Source: Scyliorhinus canicula
Lineage: Eukaryota
Assembly (NCBI RefSeq): GCF_902713615.1
Contig: NC_052152.1
Span: 167,832,712-167,896,711, forward strand
DNA: 64,000 nt
Direction: 5' to 3'
This document shows positions 38,589 to 50,089 of the stretch, in pieces. The position numbers were made by a program, and so were the translations under genes. Within the stretch, counting starts at the first letter, position 1. Each line of letters begins with the position of its first letter. The notes beneath the pieces were generated by a model. That model saw only the letters and a list, made by a program, of their open reading frames with translations. It made no database searches and had not been told where the DNA came from.

Positions 38589-41283
38589 GGGCGAAATTCT
38601 CCGACCCCACGCAGGGTCGGAGAATAGGCGGGAAGCGGCGTTATTTCCGCTCCCGCAGGTTTTTCAATTCTCCCGCCGGTAAAAAACCGGCGTTGTGCAA
38701 ATCCCGCCGGCAGCCTGTGAAAACAGCTGGCGCCGGCGGGATTTCATTTTTTTTGCACTGACCTTAAATCTCCGGCCCGGATGGGCCGAAGTCCCGCCGA
38801 CGTGGCCAGGGGTCACGTCGGCGAAAATCACAGTTGATTTAAAACGGCGTCAACCATTGATGATGGTTGACGCCGTTCAGTGTCGGGGGTGGGTTGCGGC
38901 ATCGGGGGGGGGGTGGGTTCCGGCATCGGGGGGGGTGGGTTGCGGCATCGGGGGGGGGTGGGGGGTGGGTTGCGGCATCGGGGGAGTGGGTTGCGGCATC
39001 GGGGGGTGGGTTGCGGCATGGGGGGGGCATCGGGGGGTGGGTTGCGGCATCGGGGGGTTGCGACATCGGGGGGGCATCGGGGGAGTGGGTTGCGGCATCG
39101 GGGGAGTGGGTTGCGGCATCGGGGGGGGTTGGGTTGCGGCAATCGGGGGGGGGTGGGTTGCGGCATCGGGGGGGGTGGGTTGCGGCATCGGGGGAGTGGG
39201 TTGCGGCAATCGGGGGAGTGGGTTGCGGCATCGGGGGGGGGTTTGCGGCATGGGGGGGCATCGGGGGGGGTGGGTTGCGGCATCGGGGGAGTGGGCTGCG
39301 GCATCGGGGGGTGGGTTGCGGCATCGTGGGGGGGCATGGGGGGGCATCGGGGGGGTTGCGGCAGCGGGGGGTGGGTTGCGGCAGCGGGGGGTGGGTTGCA
39401 GCATGGGGGGGCATCGGGGGGGTGGGTTGCGGCATTGGGGGGGTTTGGGGGCAGCGGCGTGCAGAGAGGGGGGGGCGACGGATGCCCGGGGCCAACGCAC
39501 GTCGCCCCCTCCCTTTACGCCGCTGCCCCCTACCCCAACCATCCCCCCCTCACCACCCCTACCTCCCTCCAATGCCCCTACATCCCCTCCCACACACCCT
39601 ACCCCCCTCCCCACCACCCCTACCCCCCCATCCCAACGCCGCTACCCATCTCTCGCAACTGCCGCAACCCCCCTCTCTCCAACGCCGGGTCAACCCCCCC
39701 CCCTTAACGCCGGTCCCCCCCCTCAACGCCGGGTCCCCCCCCCCTCAACGCCGGTACCCACACCCCGTCCCCGTCCCTCTGAAGGCCGGTACCCACACCC
39801 CCCCCTCTCTCCTCCTCCCCCCCTCTCTCCTCCTCCCCCCCTCCTTCCTCCTCCCCCCCTCCTTGCTCCTCCCCCCCTCCTTCCTCCTCCCCCCCCTTCC
39901 TTCCTCCGTCCCCCCCCTTCCTTCCTCCCCCCCTTCCTTCCTCCGTCCCCCCCCTTCCTTCCTCCCCCCTTCCTTCCTCGTTAGTGGGGGGGGGGGGTGC
40001 GGCGTTGGAGGGGGGTAGGGGTGGTGAAGGGGTTGGGGTGGTGAGGGGAGGGGGTTGGGGTAGGGGCAGCGGCGTGCAGAGGAGGGGGGCGACGGATGCC
40101 CGGGGCCAATGCACCGTCGCCCCCCCCTCTGCACGCAGCTGCCCCTACCCCAACCCCCTCCCCTCACCACCCCTACCCCCTTCACCACCCCTACCCCCCT
40201 CCAACGCCGCACCCCCACACCCCCACCCCCACCCCCCACTAACGGCGCACCCCCCCCCACTAACGGAGGAAGGAAGGGGGGGAGGAGGGGGGGAGGAGGA
40301 GAGAGAGGGGGGGAGGAGGAGAGAGGGGGGGGAGGAGGAGAGAGGGGGGGGAGGAGGAGAGAGGGGGGGGTGTGGGTACCGGCCTTCAGAGGGAGGGGGA
40401 AGGGGTGTGTGTACCGGCGTTGAGGGGGGGGGGACCCGGCGTTGAGGGGGGGGACCCGGCGTTGGGGGAGGGGGGGACCCGGCATTGGGGGAGGGGGACC
40501 CGGTGTTGGGGGAGGGGGGGACCCGGCGTTGAGGGGGGGGGGGACCCGGCGTTGAGGGGGGGACCCGGCGTTGAGGGGGGGGGACCCGGCGTTGAGGGGG
40601 GGACCCGGCGTTGGGGAGGGGGGGGACCCGGCGTTTGAGGGGGGGGAACCGGCGTTGGGGGAGGGGGGGGACCTGGCGTTGAGGGGGGGGACCCGGCGTT
40701 GGGGGAGGGGGGGGACCCGGCGTTGGGGGGGGTGGGGACCCGGCGTTGGAGGGGTGTAGGTGTGGTGGGGAGGGAGGTAGGGGTGGTGGGGAGGGAGGTA
40801 GGGGTGGTGGGGAGGGAGGTAGGGGTGGTGAGGGGGGGGGTTGAGGTAGGGGTGGTGAGGGGGGGGGTTGGGGTAGGGGGCAGCGGCGTACAGAGGGGGG
40901 GCGACGGTGCATTGGCCCCGGGCATCCGTAGCCCCCCCTCTCTGCCCGCCGCTGCCCCCAAACCCCCCCCCCCAAATGCCGGAACACACCCCCCCCCAAA
41001 TGCCGGAACACACCCCCCCCAAATGCCGGAACACCCCCCCCCCATGCCGGAACACACCCCCCCCCCAAATGCCGGGTCTGTCTCTCTCCTCCTCCTCCTC
41101 CAAAATACGCCGGGTCTCACCACTTCCGCAGCTGGAGAAATTGACGCGTATAGCGTCAGTCAGCTGCTGGCCCCTCCGGGAACGGAGAATAGCGGCCTTA
41201 AAGAAGGCCCCGACGCCGGAGTGATTAACACCAATTTTTTTCGCAGGCAACCCGCGTTACGAAGGGCTACGGAGAATCCAGCC
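38589..41283. mobile_element. GC-rich foldback element with Harbinger-like termini, minisatellite arrays and internal palindrome
   Basis: Termini GGGCGAAATTCTCC / GGAGAATCCAGCCC; flanks caa/cat; internal inverted arms. Confidence 0.8.
38886..39445 (+). repeat. G-rich minisatellite (GGGTTGCGGCATCGGGGGG)n
   Basis: About 19-21-nt unit repeated more than 20 times. Confidence 0.9.
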
Positions 41284-41953
41284 CCATGTTAGAAATTAGC
41301 AATATACCTGCCATATATATATATAACATATATAAAATCAGCTTGAAATTGTTAAAGGAATCGGTTGGTGCTGCAAGTTTTGTTTTCCAAGAAACACCTT
41401 AAGATTTGAAACAAATTACTGGAATGAAGATTCTTAGGTGATGACAGCTGTGCCCAGCTCAGGTCAGGAAAGGCCTTGGCAAAGTAACAGTGCAGCTACT
41501 TAACACAAACAGCCATACTATAAAACTGTGTTCACTTCACCTTGCTTAATTAAATTGCTTGCTGATGTCTGTGAGTCCATTAGTGTGTGACAGTAGAATA
41601 GAAGTTACTTTAGTGAACAACTCTATGGTTCAGTTTGATAATAATTAATGAGCTAAATGGCCTTTATGAATGGTTTGTTCACAAGCCTTATGAACAACTT
41701 TAGGCAGAAGTCATGGATGATAAGACAGGGACAGATAATAACATTTCTGCCAATTAGCTTTAAAGGCCAGAGGTGGAATGTTTTTTGGGAGGATGAAACT
41801 GGCCATGGGGAACAGCCTATGGTGAGATAAGGAAAAGATGAGGTCAGACCGATTGATGAAGGATGGAAAGTACAAACTAAAACTCAAGAAGCTGTGTTGA
41901 AATTGAATGACACTAGCGGCAAGATTTAGACCCAAGGTTTGGAGAAAGAATAA

Positions 41954-42133
41954 GGGGCGGGATTCTCCATCTCACCAGGCCCGTAGTCAGACGCAGCCCG
42001 CCCCCGGCAATGGGATTCTCCGTTCCCGCAGCTGACCAATGGGGTTTCCCATTATGGCCACCAGGACAGAAACCTGCAGGCGTGGGTGCGCTGCCGGCAA
42101 ATAGGAGGATCCAGCCGATGGAGAATCCTGCAG
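41954..42133. mobile_element. Short Harbinger-type MITE
   Basis: GGGCGGGATTCTCC ... GGAGAATCCTGC termini. Confidence 0.7.
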
Positions 42134-42643
42134 AGGGTATTTTGCTATGAAGGAAATATTTACAGCGTGAACGATCTATGTCAAAAATCCAACCAGGTCC
42201 ACTCCAGAGATGGGTATAAAGTAAGAAGCTTCAATGCAATAGGCAGTGGAGCAAAATGCCTCAGGGTAGGTCCATGCTAACACTCTTGGGTAGTTTGGAA
42301 GTCATGAAGGCATCCAGAAAAAAAGGCTAAAAAGAATAAAGAAAGAGCTGTATGTGCATGCCTGCCATCCTGCCCAATCTGGACTGCTACTTGCTACTTC
42401 AGTCAGATGTTTTTATTGTGTAACCAGTGTGTTATATTCCATCTTAAACTCTGATTAAACACAACATTCCAGCATATTGGTTGCAGTTGATACTGTTTGA
42501 TTGGATAGTGTCAACATCAACTATCTTTCGAAGATACAAATTGTAAGGCATTTTATGATCTCTCATATTTTTGTTTGTAAGTAGAACGTAACCAAGTTAT
42601 GCTATGGACCAGTGTGTGGGGTTCACCGGGTGTGAGGAACTTG

Positions 42644-43363
42644 GGCCGGGATTCTCCCCTACCCGGCGGGGTGGGGGGTCCCAGCGTAGCGGAATGGCGC
42701 CAACCACTCTGGCGTCGGGCCTCCCGAAAGCTGCAGAATTCTCGGCACCTTTAGGGGCTAGGCCCACGCCGGAGTGGTTTCCGCCACACCGACTGGCGCC
42801 AAAACTGGTGGCAACAGCCTTTGGCGCCCGCCGCCCGGCGTCGGGGCTGGCCAAAAGGCCTTCACCGGTCCACGCATGCGCCGGAGCGTCAGCGGCCGCT
42901 GACGTCACCACCGGCGTTTGCGTGGTAGGGGGGTCTCTTCCGCCTCCGCCATGGTGGAGGCCGTGGCAGTGGCAGAAGAAAAAGAGTGCCCCCACAGTAC
43001 TGGCCCGCCAGCCAATGGGTGGGCCCCGATCACGGGCCAGGCCACCGTGGGGGCACCCCCCGGGGTCCGAATGCCCCGCGCCCCCCCCCCCCCCCCCCCC
43101 AGGACCCCGGGGCCCGCTCGCGCCGCCATTCCGGCCGGCACCAGAGGTGCTCCAATTCCCGCCGGCGGGATTGGCCTGTCAGCGGCGGGACTTCGGCCCA
43201 TCGCTGGCCGGAGAATCGCCACGGGGGCCACGCCGGTCGTCGGGGCGTGATTCCCACTCCCGCCGATTCCCGGGTGGCGGAGAATTCTGGCCACGGCGGG
43301 GGTGGGATTTACGCTGGTCCCGGGCGATTCCCTGACCCTATGGGGGGTCGGAGAATTCCGCCC
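42644..43363 (+). mobile_element. Harbinger-type MITE (about 700 bp, GC-rich)
   Basis: GGCCGGGATTCTCC / GGAGAATTCCGCCC termini; 3-bp flanks ttg/ctg; reverse-complement homolog at 59476-60141. Confidence 0.85.
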
Positions 43364-43545
43364 CTGGTGTGAGGAGGACATCAGGACAAAAGGAGAAGAA
43401 TTTTGAATGAAGTCATGATTGCTCAGGCTCATACTGAACTTTATGAAAAATAAAAATAAAAATGCAGCACGGTAGCATGGTGGTTAAATAAGGCAGTTTA
43501 AGTGAACAGAGGCACTCACACACATGTAGGAAATGTGATTGATCC

Positions 43546-43670
43546 CCATGTCTGCATGGGTTTCACCCCTACAACCTAAAGATGTTCAGGTTAGGTGGAT
43601 TGGCCACATTAAATTTCCCCTTAATTGGAAAAATAAAATAATTGGCTACTCTAAATTCTTTTTTAAAAAG
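43546..43670 (+). mobile_element. 5'-truncated short A-tailed HE1-like SINE
   Basis: TSD ggaaat(g/a)tgattga on both sides. Confidence 0.75.
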
Positions 43671-43709
43671 GAAATATGATTGAGGCACTGACTTATCACC
43701 AGACATACC

Positions 43710-43918
43710 GGGTGTGAATTACCGAGCAACCTGCCGCGTGTTTCATGGTGGCGGGAGGCAGCCTGCCATTGGCTGGTGGTGGGATCTTCTGGTCCAGTTG
43801 TTGCAAAACAGGGTTTCCCATTGAATGCACCCGTGACCTCCGGGAAACCCGTGACGGGGTAGCATTGTCGGCAGGACCGGAAAATCCAGGTGGCATCAAC
43901 AGCCAGGAAATCTTGCCC
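43710..43918. mobile_element. Short Harbinger-type MITE
   Basis: GGGTGTGAATTTACCG ... GGAAATCTTGCCC; core gggtttcccattga shared with the MITEs at 387 and 41954. Confidence 0.65.
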
Positions 43919-45739
43919 GCTGGGTGGAATTCTCCCATTCCGCCCATGGCAGGTTTAGCAGTGGGCAGGAGCAGAAAATCTAATGGGAGCCAGAAAGTCG
44001 GAAACCTGACGGCTTAAAACCACATTGCAATCCTTCCAATGGCAGGTTAATGGCCGGTCGGTCTTGATGTGAATGTTATTTGCATTCATTTCCATCCTCA
44101 GTTCACAAGAAACTTTGAGGTGTGTGCTCCAAAGGCAGAGTGCTACATTGCTCCTAATGTGCTGTCTGCAACTCTGCCAGAACAGACCAGTTCCTGCCCT
44201 CCAACTCCATGCTGAGCTGGTCTTCATAGACAGCACCGTGCTGTTGGACCCATGTGCTCCTGTGGCACTCTTTCCGCTCCGTAAAGTGCCTGTGGCTGGA
44301 GAGTACAGAGGTTGCTTTCCCCCACCATAACAAATGTTCAGAGTATGACTGGGCGTGGGGTGCAAGGTGAGGCCAGGGTGGGGGGAGGGGGAGGGGGAGG
44401 GGGAGGCGGTACTGCACTGGCCTGACAAACACAAGGACGGCAATGTGGAAGGAGGCTGTGTTAGGAGAGGGAGTGGAGGAAGGCTGACACAAGGGGGAAA
44501 ATGTGAAATGAGGGCTGTTTGAAAGAGGAAAGGGCAAAGGCTCACAGTGGCAGGCAGAGGGGCAAGGCGATGGTTGAAGAAGATGAACAGTGGAAGGTAA
44601 GACCGAGTGGAGGGAGACTGGACCCCGTCAAGGCTGTACGAAGTGTAGACAAACAAGGGCCTCGAAGTGATAGCACATGTATTACTGGGAGGGGATGGAC
44701 ACAGACTCTAGATTATGGAGTTGGGGCCTATTAGTGTGGCACATAGGGATGGTTGACATGAATGCGTAACAGGCCTGGGCTGCAGTGATTTGTGAAGGTT
44801 ATTGTTGTCCTTAGTCCTTTTTGGAAACGGGAACCATGTCAAGAATCCCGGTCATGTGCAGGAGATGGCTGATAGGAGTCAGAGAGTGCAGATATTCCTG
44901 CTGAGAAATGGAAAGGAGTCATAGATAACAGGCAGTCCAGGGGCTATGAGGACCGCACATTCTGAAGTCAGAGGAAGGAGACAGTGCAGAAGAGCAGCGG
45001 GCATGCAGCAGGAGCAATCATTGGAAGCATGGTGTACCCCAGCTGCAGGGAGGGGCAGGGCTGTGTGCTTCACAGGAAAATGCACAGCTATGTGTGCAGG
45101 TCTGTCCTTCATTTGATGTCCCTGGGCGTGGCGAGCTCTGTGCTGGGCTGCAGAGGTTATGATGATGGTCGCGGGGGGGGGGGGGGATCTGTAGCTTGTA
45201 GATAGGTAATACATAATATGGGGGATATGTGATGTTCTTTGTAAGTAATGGTGCACAGAGCCTCCAGATGTGGTCCACATGAGGCATGGGACACCTCGCA
45301 GGTGATGGGCTCGGTGTTGGTGAAGGGGGATTGGACGTGGGGGAGGGGAGTGTAACAATGTCCACCACCACAGTGGCAGGATTCAGTATTAGTGGGGGAG
45401 ACTGGGGAATAACAAGCAGCATCTCTACCTGCACATTGTGAGTATACAGGTAAATCAGAAGGAGAGAGGGGAGGGTCGAACTGAATTGGAATATATCACA
45501 ATTCCTTCGTCAATAACTAGGAATTCCCTTCCTCGAAGCACTGTGGGTGTTTCTACACCACATGGGCTGCAGTTGTTCATGTAGTCTGTTCATTGCCACC
45601 TGTTGGTCTTGACAGTGATGCTTATGGAGGGAACCTCTACCTATTGCAGTTGCATCTTCAGCATGGCTTGTTTGATTACACATCTGGCTTTCATTTCAGT
45701 GCTGTTGGCTGTCATAGTTTGGATGTCTGATGCGTGACA

Positions 45740-46035
45740 CAAGCCACATTTAAAGTGGGCATCCCTTACCTTCAGTAGCCCACTCTTATAGCACGAGGTC
45801 TGAAGAGATCAGCGATCTTGGAATGTCACAGGACAAAATGATCATGGCAACTCCCCAGGAATCTGGTTCACGTCAGTATAAATATCCTTAGTGGTAGCAC
45901 GCCAGCTGCAGATTGATGCAATGGAAGCTCTTGCAGTCAATCAATAGTCCTGGATGCTCTAGGGGTGTCCATCTTTCCACATGTGAACAGGCAATGACAC
46001 CCTACAGCTGTGGGAATCCAGCCACAGCCACAAAT
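45740..46035 (-). pseudogene. Harbinger (HARBI1-like) DDE transposase remnant
   Basis: Minus strand: AGFPQL*GVIACSHV (cf. AGFP.V.G.IDCTHV), DCKSFHCINLQLAC (cf. NRKGFHS.NVQ.VC), RFLGSCHD (cf. PGS.HD), LLxGKGCPL (cf. WLLGD.GYPL). Confidence 0.8.
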
Positions 46036-46429
46036 CCAGGCATTCTGACCGGTGTTACCTCAGACAAAGTTGGCATAATTGCCTTCCCAAAACCAAGCCA
46101 TCACCACCGGTTTTATGTACTTGCAGACTCCATACAGGAAGATCCTACATATGTCTCCAGCAGAGGCCTGAAGGGCTCCAGAGACTAAAAATCTGAGTTA
46201 ATAACTTTAACAGCCATCCATGACCACCACATCAGATATTTTAGAAAATTGCAGATGTCTCTCAGCACCTAATGTAGCAACCTGAATCTCCTGAAACACT
46301 GCTGTTCAGACTTGTCAAGAACTCTCAACCTCTGCCTCCACATCTTCTGCCCTAGCAAATGACTGCTGTGAGCAGCAGTTCTCTGCTGTTTTCCTCTCCG
46401 ATCCCTTCACCACTGACAGAGAGTAACAG

Positions 46430-46750
46430 CAGTGTATACCACGGAGATGATGCACTGCAGGAACTCACCAAGTTCAGCAGCACCTTCCAAATCATCAACT
46501 GCTACCATCTGGAAGGACAGCAGATACATGGGTCCATCAGCGGTTCCTCTTTAAACCACACACCAGTCTGACTTGGAAATATATTGCCATTCCTTCACTG
46601 TCGCTGGGTTGAAATCCCGGATTACCCTCCCTAACACCACTATGGGTGTACCTACACTACATGGACTTCAGCGGTTCAGGGGAAATTAGGAATGGGCAAC
46701 AATTGCTGGCCGAGCCAGTGACAGCCACGGCCCATGAGTAAATAAAAATA
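46430..46750 (+). mobile_element. CR1/L2-type LINE 3' end
   Basis: Homologous to 32780-33425; ends in an AATAAA-rich tail. Confidence 0.7.
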
Positions 46751-46789
46751 AATTCACAGGCGACTATCAGAAATCCTGGAATTACATAC

Positions 46790-46986
46790 CTTAGTACGCA
46801 GTCCGTCTCTCCCAAGCAGGCCATGCATATGTGACCAAATGCTTTTCAGTTTAATCAGAAAGTGGTTTGGAGTCACACAATGCGTTGACGTTTTCACCGG
46901 TTGTAACTCCCCACCCAAACTCTTATACACTTGATCCACCAGGTTAACGTTCCTTTCAAATTTTATGGGATTGCAAGACACCAATG
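46790..46986 (-). CDS. Candidate host-gene exon (197 nt, unidentified)
   Basis: Acceptor cattgttttgttcag, donor AAG|gtatgt. A single open frame (LVSCNPIKFERNVNLVDQVYKSLGGELQPVK...GLRTK), with several retained CpGs in non-repetitive DNA. Confidence 0.4.
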
Positions 46987-47687
46987 CTGAACAAAACAAT
47001 GTTTTTCCAGTTATTACTTTGCTTCTTTAAGGTGATCGGTGCTCATTACGCAGAGCAAGATTGAAAACAGTAATGCATATTGGAATCCAAATTACTGAAA
47101 ATTACAGTTGTCACCCTTCCAGCTGAAGAATTGTCCTGAGATCGAAATTCTGACAATAATTTGCAGCAAACTAATGAACATTAAACCTTTAAGGTACAAC
47201 TACTCAGCTGTAACATTTAATAAAGTAATACCGTATTGGTATACTTGACAGTGTCATAATTACTATTCTGGAATTAGTAATTATTCAATTTATTTAAATG
47301 CAACACTGTAATATATTTAAAGAAGGAATTATTGCCTGATTTGTGAATAAGTTCTTTGTTCAGCATCTTAATGATGGTGCAAGTATGCCTAAAATGATAA
47401 TTATGGCAATACAGTAACTTCACCTCTAACTTTTAGTGCGTTTGCATTGCTTAGTTTTTCCACAAGACGTTTGTGCTCTCCTGCTCCCTCTCGGTAAGAG
47501 TGCATTAGGGAATCGGACACAGAGGTCAGTCCGCTCTGTTTGCAGTCCTAGCAATTTTCCCAGGACATAAAATGTGAATTATTTGAAGGCCTTGTTAACA
47601 GAGTGAGAACCATATTACAGAGTGAAAATCCACCTAAAAGTGTGGTAATGTGAATTTGTGTGGCATGAACATGATTGGCATGATATT

Positions 47688-48039
47688 AGAACATAGAACA
47701 TAGAACAGTACAGCACAGAACAGGCCCTTCGGCCCTCAATGTTGTGCCGAGCCATGATCACCCTACTCAAACCCACGTATCCACCCTATACCCATAACCC
47801 AACAACCCCCCCCTTAACCTTACTTTTTAATTAGGACACTACGGGCAATTTAGCATGGCCAATCCACCTAACCCGCACATCTTTGGACTGTGGGAGGAAA
47901 CCGGAGCACCCGGAGGAAACCCACGCACACAGGGGGAGGACGTGCAGACTCCACACAGACAGTGACCCAGCCGGGAATCGAACCTGGGACCCTGGAGCTG
48001 TGAAGCATTTATGCTAACCACCATGCTACCCTGCTGCCC
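47688..48039 (-). mobile_element. HE1 V-SINE, full length, low divergence
   Basis: (TAGAACA)n tail, V-domain and tRNA head. Confidence 0.92.
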
Positions 48040-49904
48040 AGGGTAGCACAAAATTAGTGTGCAAATTCGCGCGACATCAGTGTGCAAGTTTTTTATCTGT
48101 ATGAAATCTTTCTTACCACTCATTTAATGCAGATGTTATCATATTCACCTAAAATGCAGGAGAAATACATTTTAAACAAATATTTTAATTGTTTGTGCAT
48201 GAATATTTGCACCACATCATTTCAAGGCCTTTGTATTTTGAATAGAATGCTTAATTTTCTGTTCCCTTTTATTTTAGTTTAATTTAGTTGAACTCTCAAA
48301 TGATTATAAATATAAACTGAACAAAGAACAAAGCAAAGTACAGCATAGGAACAGGCCCTTCAGCCCTGCAAGCCTGTGCCGATCATGACGCCCTAACTAA
48401 AACAAAACCTTCTGCCCTTACATGGTCCGTATCCCTCTGTTACCTCCATATTCGTGTAATCCATCCACATGCCTCTTAAAAAGGTGACTATAAAAAAATT
48501 AAGCACCTGAACAAAGTTTTAGGTATATTTGGCAGCAAAAATAATCTCTTTATTCGTAATTTGTGATTGCCCAGCTATGTCCTTTAACTCAAAATTTAAA
48601 TCTCACTTCCTAAATAAATTCCCTTTACATTGCTGAATGGCTCAACAGATTAATATACTGAAGGCTCCCTCACTGAATGCCAGACACATCTTTGCACCTG
48701 TAATGGACCACAAGGTGAGGTATCAGCCTTGAAACAGAATGATGTGCAAAATAAAGACTTAGCTGACCCACAAAGGAGGTGACTGAACCTATGTCCGTTT
48801 TTTTGCGCATCCTGACTATTGCCAGTGGTGGACTTGACAGTCATCAGGGTAGAAGGAGGGAAAATATTTTCCTGGCTTGTGCCCAGAGGATACTCAGCTC
48901 CTAAATCCTGGAGGGAAAAGAGGTGCAGAGCTGTGAAACTAAGTCTCCACCCCCTTTAGACATTTCCTGTGATAGGGTCGGAAGGATTGTTTTCCATTGA
49001 ACCACAGCCATTCAGGTCTGGTGACAGAGTGTGCGAGTGCTCAACACTTTAAAGACAGAAAAACAGGAGAGTCAGGGAAAAGCAAAACACTTTTTCTTTC
49101 CGTGTATACTTTCATCAAGTATTTCTCGAAGTAGCCTGAAGGTCTCTCAGCTAACAGTCATCATTACTGCTGTGGGCCCAAGAGATGTACAGGCAGATCT
49201 CCAGTGGAGGGCATGTTTGATCCAAACTAATGATCTTAACCCCTAAATTCAGACGGGTTTGGATCATATTGGTAGAGATGGTGGTGGAGGGAGGGGTGGG
49301 AGAAGTAATATCAGTACTGGGGCAGATTACTCTTCTTGGTCAGAAAGTGGTGCCCTAAAGATGGTGTGCCGTTATTAAAAAATTGTGTCTTCAAAAATTA
49401 AAAAAACAGTTGGGATAACTTTGAACTACATCAGGGACACAGAATCTTCACTGTCAAATTGGCTGCCTGCTATACAAAGCACCTTTCTATCCAGTGAAGT
49501 CAAGGGAAAAGAACATGGGATGAGTGTGTAAGGGGAAGGCAGTGTGATGCCACGAGTCTTCTGGTCCTATTGCATTTCAAAGTTATCCTCGATAGCAATT
49601 GACAACTACATTTGACACAGAAAATCATACCACATAGCTTGAGTAGGGAAAAAGAACAATGTCAAGCCTTAGAATGCCAACCTATGGACCATCAGATTTT
49701 GGCTTTCAGGGAAGGGCTTAGAGGAGAAGAGGGATATAAAGACAAAGAGGTTGAGGGAAAGAATTCCAGCGCATGAGACCCAGGTAGCTGAAGGCACCAC
49801 CAACAACCATGAGGAAAAGAAAGAGATGGTGCTCGAAAGGCCAAGTAGTGGAGAGTTTGAGGGCGAGGGGACGTTAGAGAGATAGGGAGGGATTTAGACT
49901 CAAA

Positions 49905-50089
49905 GGGCGCGATCTACTGGCTGTTCATGCCGGTGGGATATTCCGGTCTCACGGCAGCGCATAGGTTTCCCGGCGTTGAGGGGTGCAGTCACCGGAAAAT
50001 CCTTTGATAACGGCGGGTCGGTAAATCCCGCCGACAGGCTGCTTCCACTGCCAAAAAACAAATGGTGGGTTGGTCGGTAAATCCCACCC
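49905..50089. mobile_element. Short Harbinger-type MITE
   Basis: GGGCGCGATCTAC ... GTAAATCCCACCC; TSD aaa/aaa. Confidence 0.7.

Noticed and set aside
38886-39445. CRISPR-like or telomere-like repeat array
   Set aside because: No unique spacers, eukaryotic context and no cas genes; the unit is not TTAGGG. It is a minisatellite.
38695-41292. Long Gly/Pro-rich ORFs (up to 501 aa) on both strands
   Set aside because: They result from stop-poor GC-rich tandem repeats and are open in most frames; no real domain.
42597-43432. ORFs of 110-243 aa (also 59451-60208)
   Set aside because: They lie inside GC-rich non-coding MITEs, and frames are not conserved between the two copies.
45740-46035. Host HARBI1 gene (and NAIF1 at 25860)
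   Set aside because: Stops, frameshifts and multiple paralogous fragments indicate decayed transposon copies.
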